Assembly: GCA_963695875.1 (NCBI GenBank)
Contig: CAVOID010000008.1
Location: forward strand, 96,001 to 160,000
Origin: an uncultured delta proteobacterium
GTDB lineage: Bacteria > Desulfobacterota > Syntrophia > Syntrophales > UBA2185
Direction of reading: 5' to 3'
Length of the DNA: 64,000 nucleotides
In this document: positions 1 to 10,369 of the stretch, one piece after another
Numbering within the stretch: position 1 is the first letter of the stretch
How the letters are laid out: each line of letters starts with the position of its first letter
Program-made: the position numbers and the translations under genes
The notes under the pieces: generated by a model
What the model saw: the letters and a program-made list of their open reading frames with translations, nothing else
Told to the model about the DNA's origin: nothing
The model's database searches: none

Positions 1-316
1 GAACATAAGGGAATTGGGATTCAATGATAAATGTGAAGTTTTAGCGACAGAGGTAGGAAAAGGAATCAGGCAGCTCCAGAGGGACGGGGATAGTTTTGAT
101 TTCCTGTTTGCTGATCCACCATACGAAAAAGGTTTTATCAGGGAAATTTTCCAATGTCTTGGTGAAGTGGATGTGACTTCTCAGGACGGGCTTCTAATAA
201 TTCAGCATTCAAAAAGAGAAGATGTGATTGGTCATCATACGGGTAATTTTGTGTTGACAGATCAGAGAAGATATGGTGATACGCTTCTTTCTTTCTTCAA
301 AATAATGGGAAGGTAG
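1..316 (+). CDS. rsmD: 16S rRNA m2G966 methyltransferase, 3' part (cut by window start)
   Basis: FDFLFADPPY and YGDTLLSF motifs; directly upstream of coaD, the usual pairing. Confidence 0.88.
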   Translation, partial: NIRELGFNDKCEVLATEVGKGIRQLQRDGDSFDFLFADPPYEKGFIREIFQCLGEVDVTSQDGLLIIQHSKREDVIGHHTGNFVLTDQRRYGDTLLSFFKIMGR

Positions 317-330
317 TAAAGAGAGCTTAT

Positions 331-816
331 ATGAAAAAAATAGCTGTGTATCCTGGTTCGTTTGATCCTATCACAAATGGCCATGTTGACCTTATAGACA
401 GGGGCTTGAAGATGTTTGATGAGATTATTGTCCTCATTGCCTATAATCCTAATAAGCCGGCTTATCTCTTCTCTGTTGAGGAGAGAATGGAATTGGTAAA
501 GGAAGCCATAAAGGATTGCAAAAGGGTGCGGGTTGACAGCGCTGCTGGACTTCTTGTTGATTATGTAAAGAAATCCGGTGCAAACATTATATTGAGAGGA
601 CTTCGGGCCCTGTCTGACTTTGAATACGAGTTTCAGCTCGCTCTTATTAATCGGAGACTCAATAGGGATGTCGAGACTGTTTTTCTTATGACGAGCTACG
701 AGTGGTTCTTCACCAGTTCCCAGATTATCAAGGAGGCAGCCAGTCTGGGAGGTTCTGTCGAAGGACTTGTACCGGATATTGTGTGCCGGAAGTTAAGAGA
801 AAAATACTTAAGGTAA
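331..816 (+). CDS. coaD: Pantetheine-phosphate adenylyltransferase
   Basis: AVYPGSFDPITNGH and RGLRALSDFEYE motifs. Confidence 0.97.
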   Translation: MKKIAVYPGSFDPITNGHVDLIDRGLKMFDEIIVLIAYNPNKPAYLFSVEERMELVKEAIKDCKRVRVDSAAGLLVDYVKKSGANIILRGLRALSDFEYEFQLALINRRLNRDVETVFLMTSYEWFFTSSQIIKEAASLGGSVEGLVPDIVCRKLREKYLR

Positions 817-829
817 GAGACTTAATATA

Positions 830-2023
830 ATGAAACTATCATCAAGAATACTAGCAATAAAACCATCGCCAACACTGGCAATTACTGTCAAGGCCAATGC
901 GCTGCAGGCAGAGGGCAGGGATATAATCGGCTTTGGCGCAGGAGAACCTGATTTTGATACCCCTGTCCATATCAAAAGGGCAGCTATCAAGGCAATAGAA
1001 GATGGGTTTACAAAATATACTCCCGTTGATGGGATTATTGAATTGAAGGATGCGATCATCAGTAAATTGTATGTTGATAATCAATTAAAGTACAACAGGT
1101 CAGAGGTCGTTGTATCTTGCGGAGCGAAGCATTCCCTTTATAATCTATGTCAGGTTCTGTTTGAGGAAGGCGACGAAGTCATTATTCCATCTCCTTACTG
1201 GGTTTCCTATCTTGATATGGTTATTCTCTCAGGCGCCAAGCCTGTCATTCTCAAGACCACCGAATCCCAAGGATTTAAATTACAACCGCAGCAATTAGAA
1301 GCGGCGATCACAAAAGATACAAGAGCGGTTATCATAAACAGCCCATCAAACCCTGCCGGTGTAGTATATACCGCCTCTGAACTGGAAGCTCTCGCAGAGA
1401 TTATACTAAGGAAAGACATACCGGTAATATCAGATGATGTTTATGAAAAAATTATATACGATGATAAGCCATTTAAAAACGTTGCATCTCTCAGCGAAGA
1501 GTTGAAAAAGATGACGATAGTGGTAAACGGGGTTTCCAAAGCCTACTCGATGACCGGCTGGAGAATAGGTTATGCCGCCGGTCCTCAAGAGATTATTTCT
1601 GCTGTGACGAAACTTCAAAGTCAAAACACATCTAATCCTACATCAATAGCTCAAAAAGCGGCTGTAGAGGCCTTGAACGGACCTCAGAACAGTGTAACAG
1701 AAATGGTTGAAGAATTTAGGAAGAGAAGAGATGCAATCGTTGAAAAGCTGAATGCCATTCCGGGTGTCACCTGCATGCTTCCTCAGGGGGCCTTTTACGT
1801 TTTTCCCGATGTTTCAGCCTTATTTGGCAGATCGTACCATGGTATTGTCATATCCAATTCTTCTGATTTTACTGCATTCCTCCTGGATGAAGCCAATGTC
1901 GCTGTCGTTCCGGGGGTTGATTTTGGTCATGACAATCATATCCGTCTTTCCTATGCCACGTCTTTAAAGAATATCGAAGAAGGACTGAAAAGGGTAAGAA
2001 ATGCCGTTATGAAACTTTCATAA
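830..2023 (+). CDS. aspC: PLP-dependent aminotransferase class I/II (aspartate aminotransferase-like)
   Basis: GEPDFDTP, NSPSNP and SKAYSMTGWRIG motifs. Confidence 0.9.
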   Translation: MKLSSRILAIKPSPTLAITVKANALQAEGRDIIGFGAGEPDFDTPVHIKRAAIKAIEDGFTKYTPVDGIIELKDAIISKLYVDNQLKYNRSEVVVSCGAKHSLYNLCQVLFEEGDEVIIPSPYWVSYLDMVILSGAKPVILKTTESQGFKLQPQQLEAAITKDTRAVIINSPSNPAGVVYTASELEALAEIILRKDIPVISDDVYEKIIYDDKPFKNVASLSEELKKMTIVVNGVSKAYSMTGWRIGYAAGPQEIISAVTKLQSQNTSNPTSIAQKAAVEALNGPQNSVTEMVEEFRKRRDAIVEKLNAIPGVTCMLPQGAFYVFPDVSALFGRSYHGIVISNSSDFTAFLLDEANVAVVPGVDFGHDNHIRLSYATSLKNIEEGLKRVRNAVMKLS

Positions 2024-2058
2024 CAGGCAGGAATGTTCCTTTTTTATAATCACCTTCA

Positions 2059-2231
2059 TTAATCCCTTAATGAGCTTCCCATCTTGACAGACCGGGCATT
2101 TGGCAAGGATACATCTTCACCATACACATTTGTCCACGTCGTACAGAAGTGATTGCGGGAAAAGCTTCCGTGGATGCCTGTACTAATGCCAAGTTGTCAC
2201 TAACGCGCTGGAAACGTAAGGGATTACTCAT
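2059..2231 (-). CDS. Possible small Cys-containing protein, apparently frameshifted
   Basis: ATG at 2231; segments MSNPLRFQRVSDNLALVQASTEAF / SRNHFCTTWTNVYGEDVSL / AKCPVCQDGKLIK read in successive frames; not in the ORF track. Confidence 0.35.
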
Positions 2232-2297
2232 TGATTACAATCACCAATTCATGTTATATAATATTAACTGTATTATCTATGGCGGTGGTGCATTATT

Positions 2298-3377
2298 TTG
2301 GAAACGTTTATAAAAAGAAAAAAAACCAGGCCTGTTTTTCTCGGAAATGTACGGATCGGCGCAAATGCACCTGTTGTGGTTCAATCAATGACGTGCACAG
2401 ACACGAGGGACGTGAGGGCAACTGTCAGGCAAATAGAACAGCTTAAGGATGCAGGCTGTGAGGTAGTCAGGGTTGCTGTTCCCGACAAAGAAGCAGCTGT
2501 TGTACTCTCCGATATTAAGAAGCAAATAAACATTCCCCTCATTGCTGATATCCATTTTAATTATCGGCTTGCCATCGAAGCAGTAAACAATGGCGTCGAT
2601 GGAATAAGGATCAATCCGGGAAACATTGGTAAGGAAAAATTATTGAAGATTGTTGAATCCGCAAAATCAAGAGGGACTGTGATTCGTATTGGTGTCAATG
2701 CAGGTTCTCTTGAGAAGGATTTACTAAAAAAACACGGAGGACCTACGGCGACTGCTCTGGTGGAGAGTGCCTTGAGAAGCCTTGCCGTTTTGACTGATGC
2801 TGGCTGTGATGCAATAAAATTATCCGTCAAATCGTCAGACGTGGCTACGATGGTTGAAGCTTATAGGGAGTTATCAAGCAAAACCGATTATCCCCTTCAC
2901 CTAGGTGTTACGGAAGCAGGGAGTATTGTTAATGCCGCCATTAAATCTTCCATTGGAATGGGCATCTTGCTGTATGAAGGGATGGGTGACACAATCAGAG
3001 TTTCGGTCACAGGGGATCCCGTTTCCGAAATCGGTGTGGCGTATGGGATACTCAGGGCTCTTGATATCAGAAAAGTTGGACCGGATATCATATCATGTCC
3101 CACCTGTGGTCGTTGCGAAATAGACCTGTTCAAACTGACCCGGGAGGTTGAGTCGAGATTGACGGGAATGAGGGAGCATTTAAAAATTGCCTTGATGGGC
3201 TGTGTCGTAAACGGGCCGGGAGAGGCTGCAGAGGCGGATATAGGAATTGCCGGAGGCCGTGGTTACGGTCTGCTTTTTAAAAAGGGTAAAATTATTAGAA
3301 AAATAAAGGAAAAAGAATTTATGTCAACTCTGCTGGATGAAATTTATTCAATTGTTGCTGAAAGGAAGGAGAAATAA
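2298..3377 (+). CDS. ispG: 4-hydroxy-3-methylbut-2-en-1-yl diphosphate synthase
   Basis: [41 protein letters not shown]. Confidence 0.97.
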   Translation: METFIKRKKTRPVFLGNVRIGANAPVVVQSMTCTDTRDVRATVRQIEQLKDAGCEVVRVAVPDKEAAVVLSDIKKQINIPLIADIHFNYRLAIEAVNNGVDGIRINPGNIGKEKLLKIVESAKSRGTVIRIGVNAGSLEKDLLKKHGGPTATALVESALRSLAVLTDAGCDAIKLSVKSSDVATMVEAYRELSSKTDYPLHLGVTEAGSIVNAAIKSSIGMGILLYEGMGDTIRVSVTGDPVSEIGVAYGILRALDIRKVGPDIISCPTCGRCEIDLFKLTREVESRLTGMREHLKIALMGCVVNGPGEAAEADIGIAGGRGYGLLFKKGKIIRKIKEKEFMSTLLDEIYSIVAERKEK

Positions 3378-5089
3378 TGCGATATTCAGAGATTTTCTTG
3401 CCCACGATGAGGGAAGTGCCTTCAGATGCGGAGATTATAAGTCATCAGCTCATGATAAGGGCAGGAATGATAAGAAAGTTGACAAGCGGCATCTATTCGT
3501 ACCTTCCTTTAGGATACCGGGTCATGCAAAAGCTGGAAAGGATAATACGTGAAGAGATGAACAGATCGGGGGCCCAGGAAGTTTTCATGCCGATGGTGCA
3601 GCCCCGTGAATTATGGGAGGAATCCGGCCGGTGGAGCCATTATGGTAAAGAGCTTCTGAGATTTAGGGATCGTAATGAGAGAGAGTGTTGCCTGGGCCCG
3701 ACTCATGAGGAGGTTATCACCGATCTTGTAAGGAATGAAATCAAGACCTACAGGCATCTCCCTAAAAATCTTTATCAGATCCAGACGAAATTCCGTGATG
3801 AGATACGGCCCAGATTTGGGGTCATGAGGTGCAGGGAATTCAGCATGAAAGATGCGTACAGTTTCGATGCCAACGAAGAAGGTGTCGACATAAGCTATAA
3901 AAAGATGTTTGACGCATATTGCAGGATATTCGAGCGCTGTGGACTTAAGTTCAGGGCTGTTGAGGCTGATACCGGCAGTATCGGCGGCAGCTTTTCCCAT
4001 GAATTTATGGTAATGGCCGATACCGGTGAAGATGCCATCTGTTTTTGCCGTAACTGCGAGTACGCGGCAAACCTTGAAAAGGCCGAAATTGCTATGCCTG
4101 AGCGGCGACAGATTAGTATTGAAGAATTTCTTCCTCTTGAATTGGTTCATACGCCGAATATGAAAAGTATCGATGAAATTTCTGCGTTCCTCCATGTTGC
4201 CCCAAAGGATGTGGTAAAAACGATGATCTATAGCGCAGATGCGACTCCCGTTGCAGTGCTCGTTAGGGGAGATGAAGAAATTAATGAAATCAAAGTGAGA
4301 AACTATCTGGGCTGCGATATCCTCGAAATGGCTGCAGACAACATGATCTATGATGTGACAGGGGCGCCTCGCGGTTTTGCCGGAGCCGTAGGAATCAAAG
4401 CAAGAACGATTGCCGATTATTCGCTGATGAATATGATCAATTTTATCATGGGGGCCAATAAAGAGGATTATCATGTGAAAAATGTGAATATTGGAAGGGA
4501 CGTATCCGTGGAGGCGTTCGCCGATTTGAGAATTGTGCATGATGCCGATTTATGTCCTCGATGTGGTCGTCCTCTCAAATTTGCTCGCGGAATTGAAGTC
4601 GGTCACGTCTTTAAGCTTGGTACAAAATACAGCAAGGCAATGAATGCCACGTTTCTCGATAAGAACGGCAGGGAGCAATACATGGTGATGGGATGCTATG
4701 GCATCGGCATCGGAAGAACCGTTGCGTCGGCTATAGAACAGAATCATGATGCAAATGGCATTATCTGGCCTATGCCGATGGCTCCTTATCATGTGATCAT
4801 TACTCCCGTTAACGTTAACGATGAAAGCATTAAAAAGATATCAGAAGATTTGTATAAGGCACTATTAGAAAAAGGTATTGAGGTTATTCTCGATGATAGA
4901 GATGAAAGAGCAGGGGTGAAATTTAAAGATGCAGATCTAATCGGCATCCCGCTTCGGATTACGATTGGACAAAAATCGCTCAGCAATGGAAAGATAGAAG
5001 TCAAACTAAGAAGATCAGGTGAGGTTAAAATCCTGGCGATGGACAGGGTGGAGGATTTTGTAATTAATTATATAAATGAAGGCATGTAA
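3377..5089 (+). CDS. proS: Proline--tRNA ligase, bacterial type with editing domain
   Basis: [44 protein letters not shown]. Confidence 0.97.
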   Translation: MRYSEIFLPTMREVPSDAEIISHQLMIRAGMIRKLTSGIYSYLPLGYRVMQKLERIIREEMNRSGAQEVFMPMVQPRELWEESGRWSHYGKELLRFRDRNERECCLGPTHEEVITDLVRNEIKTYRHLPKNLYQIQTKFRDEIRPRFGVMRCREFSMKDAYSFDANEEGVDISYKKMFDAYCRIFERCGLKFRAVEADTGSIGGSFSHEFMVMADTGEDAICFCRNCEYAANLEKAEIAMPERRQISIEEFLPLELVHTPNMKSIDEISAFLHVAPKDVVKTMIYSADATPVAVLVRGDEEINEIKVRNYLGCDILEMAADNMIYDVTGAPRGFAGAVGIKARTIADYSLMNMINFIMGANKEDYHVKNVNIGRDVSVEAFADLRIVHDADLCPRCGRPLKFARGIEVGHVFKLGTKYSKAMNATFLDKNGREQYMVMGCYGIGIGRTVASAIEQNHDANGIIWPMPMAPYHVIITPVNVNDESIKKISEDLYKALLEKGIEVILDDRDERAGVKFKDADLIGIPLRITIGQKSLSNGKIEVKLRRSGEVKILAMDRVEDFVINYINEGM

Positions 5090-5094
5090 AATCC

Positions 5095-7246
5095 ATGCTG
5101 CGTATTACAGATATACTGGATAAAACCCAGTCCTATCTTTCTCCGGAAGAACAGGAGCTGATAGAGAAAGCATACATTTTTTCCGCCTCTGTTCATCAGG
5201 GTCAGGTACGCCTATCCGGGGAGCCTTATCTAACTCATCTCGTGGAAGTAGCAGGCATACTGGCAGATATGAAACTTGATGCAGCGACAATCGTGACAGG
5301 CTTACTTCATGATACCGTAGAAGACACTCTGGCCACACCTGAGCAAATAGAGAAAGCCTTCGGTAAGGAGATCGCGTTTCTTGTTGAAGGATTAACTAAA
5401 ATAAGTAGGATCACATATGGCAGCAAAGTTGAGCATCAAGCGGAGAATTTCAGGAAGATGATCCTGGCGATGTCTTCGGATATCCGGATACTTTTGGTAA
5501 GACTGGCTGACAGAGTGCACAATATGAGAACTCTTGAGTTTCAACCTCCGGATAAACAGAAATTTATTGCTGAAGAAACACTTGAATTATATGCCCCTTT
5601 AGCAAATCGTCTTGGAATTAACAGGATGAGAGTGGAATTGGAAGATCTAGCATTCTGCTATCTTAATCCTGAAGCTTATAACGAGTTGTCCAGTCTTATT
5701 GCAAAGAAGGAAGAGGAAAGGGAGCAATATACTAAAGAGGTGAAAAACATTATCCAAGGAGAGATCGATATATTCGGACTAAAGGGTGAGGTTGAAGGGA
5801 GAGCAAAGCATCTATACAGCATTTACAGAAAGATGGAGGAACAGCATATAAACCTTGATCAAGTATATGACCTGATTGCCTTCAGAATAATCCTTGATAC
5901 GGATAGGGAAAGTGAATGCTATGAAGCGCTCAGCGTTGTCCATGCCCTCTGGAAGCCTGTCCCCGGACGTTTTAAAGATTATATTGCCATGCCGAAGGCA
6001 AACAACTATCGCGCATTCCACACGACAGTGATCGGTCCCTACGGTGAAAGGGTGGAGATTCAGATAAGAAACAGGATTATGCACGAATGGGCGGAAGGAG
6101 GCATTGCCGCACACTGGCGATATAAAGAGGGGCGGTCGTATATAAGTGATGAAGATGATCAGATTAAAAAATTGAGAGACTTACTGGAAGTTCAACAGGA
6201 ACTTAAAAATCCCAGGGAATTCATGTCTAATCTGAAGATGGCCCTTTTCCCGGATGAGGTCTACGTATTCACACCGCAAGGTGATGTAAGGTCCTTTCCG
6301 AAAGGAGCAACGCCAATTGATTTTGCATACAGTATTCACACTGATGTAGGAAACCAATGTATTGGAGCTAAGGTCAACAGAAGCATAGTGCCTCTCAAGT
6401 ATGAACTTCAGAATGGTGATACTGTTGAGATCATCACACAGGCGGGGCATCATCCCAGTAAGGATTGGGTGAAATATGCGGTAACATCGAGAGCCATATC
6501 GAAAATCAGAAACTGGGTAAAAACGGAAGAAAGGAAAAAAAGTATAGCTCTTGGTAAAGATCTCCTGGAAAAAGAAGCCAAAAAACATCATCTTAAATTT
6601 AATCAAATCGTCAAGTCTGAAGATATCAAAAAGATTTACGCGGAATATTCAATTAATTCACTTGATGACCTGATGGCAATTGTCGGATATGGAAAGGTAT
6701 CTGCAAAGCGGATTATCAATCAATTTCTGCCGGAAGAGGAAGTAAAGACCGACGAAACAGCTCTCATAAAGGAAGAGAAGAAGAGGAGTGTATCCTCTTC
6801 CGTGGGCATTTCCATAACGGGCATCGAGGATATCATGGTCAGGTTTGCAAGATGCTGTAATCCAATTCCGGGGGACGAAATTTTAGGTTATATCTCGCGG
6901 GGAAGGGGAGTTACCGTACATACGGCCAATTGCCCGACTGCCGAGGGACTGGATCTGGAAAGAATTGTAGATGTCCAGTGGAATATCAAAGGAAAACAGA
7001 CCTATCCGGTGAATATGAGGGTTGTATGCCGGGATAAAAAGGGACTACTTGCTGAAGTCAGTACGGTTATATCGTCATTGGATATTAACATCAGTCACGC
7101 CGAAGTTGATACAAGACCTGCAGATATGCAAGCAATATTAAGTTTTAAATTGGACGTCAATGATCTACAACAGTTTAACCAAGTACTTAATTGCGATAAA
7201 AAAACTTAAAAGCGTCATTTCGGTTGAGAGGGTCAGGAAAACGTAA
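5095..7246 (+). CDS. rel: Bifunctional (p)ppGpp synthetase/hydrolase (HD, SYN, TGS, ACT); one indel near the 3' end
   Basis: HDTVED, RFKDYIAMPK, TPIDFAY, FARCCNP; shifted frame continues IAIKKLKSVISVERVRKT to TAA at 7246. Confidence 0.93.
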
Positions 7247-7250
7247 AAAA

Positions 7251-7277
7251 ATTGGAAGTTCTGAAGATTCTTCCAAT
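7251..7277 (+). terminator. Stem-loop after rel
   Basis: attggaag...cttccaat inverted repeat; no clear U-tract. Confidence 0.4.
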
Positions 7278-7488
7278 GGAAGGGATAAGATAAAACATAT
7301 TTATAATGATCCATTGCTTATGATCTATCGAAGGTGGGCGATAAGAGTATTTTAAAAAGGAATCAAAGGGGAGTTTGAAATGAACCTCCTAAAAGAAAGA
7401 CTGTTTGCAAAGGTCTCGTTTATTCATTGACAGTAAAGGTGTGTTTGCTGTATGAAACGCAGACCTTCAAAAGGATAATATATCTAAG

Positions 7489-8179
7489 ATGAATCTCTGG
7501 CCTGAGAGGATTATTCTTGCATTATTGATGTTGATGATTTGTCTGCTTCCCAATGCGGTTGCCCAAACACTTCATGGCAAGCATTTGGTTGTAATAGACC
7601 CGGCACATGGCGGAGCGGATTTTGGTGTCAAATTAACTGATAAAGAGTATGAAAAAAATATAACCCTTGCCGTTTCTTTATTATTGAAAAAAGAATTGGA
7701 TAAAGCTGGAAATGTCCAGGTACAGCTGACAAGATCTTCCGACAAGGATGTATCGTTATCCGAAAGGAAAAAGATTATTATGGCATCACGATCAGCAGGT
7801 GTTGGTTAGCGTTCATGTTAATGCAGGTTTCGGTAAGACCTCAACTGGATACGAATTGTATTTTCCGGGATTCAAGGCGGCTCCAGCAGAACAAAGTGAT
7901 TCAAAAGAAATTCTCAAAGATATGGCGAGAAACAAATATTTAAACGAATCTGTAAGATTAGCTCAATTGATACAAAAAAATATGAGTAGTGTATTTCCAA
8001 GAAAAAGCAGGGGGCTGCGGGAGGCCTCCATACCTGTCATTGAAGGCTTATCAATACCAGCAGTTATTGTGGAAATCGGTTTTGCTACTAATGCAGACGA
8101 TAGAAAAAAATTAATGGATGTGAATACACAGAATGCAGTTGCGCATGCGCTATGTCAGAGCATAAAAGACTATTTTTGA
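7489..8179 (+). CDS. N-acetylmuramoyl-L-alanine amidase (Amidase_3), split by one indel
   Basis: Signal peptide, VVIDPAHGG, EKNITL, SVHVNA, PAVIVEIGF across ORFs 7489..7809 and 7748..8179. Confidence 0.88.
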
Positions 8180-8409
8180 TGACATCTTAAAATTACAGAT
8201 GCTTAGTTACGCTTCATCCTTCCCCATGCCAAGTTCGAGGTGGGGTTATGCGCCCTACTTCTATATGTATATATTATTCCTCAGGAGCAGCGCACTTAGC
8301 ACGCGAGGCTTTTTTCGAAGCCTTCTTTGTTTAGTGCTGCTTGGCAATTTTTGTGAGATAATCACTTATTCGAACTTAGAATGTACTGAGATATAAGAAT
8401 TCGGGAGAT

Positions 8410-9141
8410 ATGACGATTATGAGGAATAATGGTCGTGAATGGAATGAAATTCGAGAAGTAAAAATTACAAGGGATTATTTGAAATATCCTGAGGGGGCTG
8501 TCCTAATTGAAATGGGTAATACAAAAGTCATTTGTACAGCTTCAATTGAGGATAAAGTGCCTGCATTCTTAAGAAATACAGGCAAGGGCTGGCTGACAGC
8601 TGAGTATTCCATGCTTCCTATGTCTACTCAGATTCGTACACCTCGAGAGTCAACGAGAGGCAGGGTAGGGGGTAGGACGCATGAAATTCAAAGACTAATA
8701 GGTAGATCACTGCGGGCTGTGACAGATTTGAACATGTTTGGCGAAAAAACGATTTACATTGATTGTGATGTGATTCAAGCAGATGGCGGTACAAGAACCG
8801 CCTCAATAACAGGCGGGTCCGTCGCTTTAGTCGATCTTTTTAGAAAATTGAAACAAAGAGGGATAGTGAGTAAGGTCCCTGTAGAAGATTATGTGTCAGC
8901 TGTAAGCGTTGGTGTTGTCGATGGCCAACTTAATCTCGATTTGGAATATGAAGAAGATTCAAGGGCTGAAGTGGATATGAATTTTATAATGACAGGAAAT
9001 GGACTTTTTATAGAGGTTCAAGGTACAGCAGAAGAAGTCCCCTTCAGTCGTGATCTGTTCGATAAAATGACTGATCTTGCCATTCATGGCATTATGGAGA
9101 TTACAAAAAAGCAGGTCGAGATACTGGGGAAGTTAACTTGA
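8410..9141 (+). CDS. rph: Ribonuclease PH
   Basis: [40 protein letters not shown]. Confidence 0.97.
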   Translation: MTIMRNNGREWNEIREVKITRDYLKYPEGAVLIEMGNTKVICTASIEDKVPAFLRNTGKGWLTAEYSMLPMSTQIRTPRESTRGRVGGRTHEIQRLIGRSLRAVTDLNMFGEKTIYIDCDVIQADGGTRTASITGGSVALVDLFRKLKQRGIVSKVPVEDYVSAVSVGVVDGQLNLDLEYEEDSRAEVDMNFIMTGNGLFIEVQGTAEEVPFSRDLFDKMTDLAIHGIMEITKKQVEILGKLT

Positions 9142-9734
9142 GGCGAATCATATTAGCGACAAAAAACAAAGGAAAAATAAGAGAAGTTAAAGCTATGCTT
9201 GAAGATCTTAACATAAAGATTCTTTCTCTTAACGACTATAAAAATCTTCCTGAAGTCAAAGAAGATGGTAAGTCATTTTCCGAGAATGCTCTTAAAAAGG
9301 CGAAGATTTTTTCAGAACATACGGGCGAAATGGTTCTTTCCGACGATTCGGGGCTGGATGTAGAATATCTATGCGGCGAACCGGGCGTTTACTCAGCAAG
9401 GTATTCGGGAGATGATGCGACAGATAGCAGCAATATTAAAAAATTGCTTGAGCGTTTGGAAGGCGTATCCATAGAAAAAAGAAACGCTTCTTTCAGATGT
9501 GTGCTTGTTTTCTATAGACCAGATGGAAAATATTGGGAATTTGAGGGAAGTTTGCATGGAAAAATAAATTATAAACCTGTTGGTAATGGAGGCTTTGGAT
9601 ATGATCCAATTTTTTTTCTTCCTGAACTGGGATTGACAGTAGCACAACTTCCGCCGGATATGAAAAACAGGATCAGCCACAGGGCGCAGGCTGTTGATAA
9701 ATTCAAAGAAGCTTACAAGCAGAAGGTTATTTAA
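9138..9734 (+). CDS. rdgB: Non-canonical purine NTP pyrophosphatase
   Basis: [35 protein letters not shown]. Confidence 0.95.
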   Translation: MRRIILATKNKGKIREVKAMLEDLNIKILSLNDYKNLPEVKEDGKSFSENALKKAKIFSEHTGEMVLSDDSGLDVEYLCGEPGVYSARYSGDDATDSSNIKKLLERLEGVSIEKRNASFRCVLVFYRPDGKYWEFEGSLHGKINYKPVGNGGFGYDPIFFLPELGLTVAQLPPDMKNRISHRAQAVDKFKEAYKQKVI

Positions 9735-9755
9735 GGCAAAATATTATGCAGAAAA

Positions 9756-9832
9756 CGGGGCGTAGCGCAGCCCGGTAGCGCGCCTGCTTTGGGAGCAGGA
9801 TGTCGGAGGTTCAAATCCTCCCGCCCCGACCA
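9756..9832 (+). tRNA. tRNA-Pro (TGG)
   Basis: CGGGGCG acceptor stem, anticodon arm cctgc-tt-TGG-ga-gcagg, GTTCAAATC, encoded CCA. Confidence 0.97.
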
Positions 9833-9920
9833 GTTGCATAAAGGGGTTACGATTCAATCGTGCCCTTTTTTTGCTACTACAGTAATATTCGCTGATTCTA
9901 AACAAACATCGGGGAATAAC

Positions 9921-10145
9921 TCAATACGATATCAGTTCATCTATATCTCTATACCCCAGTGTATAAGTCTCCGGTGCGTAGTCCCGCTCTGCAATTTGCT
10001 CGCAGGATTGACAAAATTTTAGTGCCGGTATCTTTCCGGTCCAGAATAACAGCTTTGCATGTTTTGCCTTGCATCTGGGGCATATGCAAGGCGTTAATTT
10101 TTGTTTATTAGGTGTCCAATTATCATTCTTCTTACTGGTACCCAT
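9921..10145 (-). CDS. Small putative zinc-ribbon protein (74 aa)
   Basis: CICPRC and FCQSC cysteine pairs; AAAGGA Shine-Dalgarno upstream. Confidence 0.65.
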   Translation of the reverse strand: MGTSKKNDNWTPNKQKLTPCICPRCKAKHAKLLFWTGKIPALKFCQSCEQIAERDYAPETYTLGYRDIDELISY

Positions 10146-10369
10146 ATTCCATAGTCCTTTCTAATGCGCCATCGCCTTAATGGTTGTGAAGTCTGTCAGC
10201 AGTGTAACTAATTTCAAACTTCAATTATTCCCGCTCGAACAAACAAATTCAAAATAAAGGCAGAAGAATTCTCTAATTTTTTTGTTGTATTATAGCAGTA
10301 AGTCAACATTCTTTTCTTCGTAGTTTTTTCATAGTATTTTCGCAGGTAAAAACGTCCATTTTCCCCATT

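Noticed and set aside
3611..4540. 309-aa antisense ORF inside proS, and other shadow ORFs in the track
   Set aside because: Overlap confident genes on the opposite strand and show no motifs
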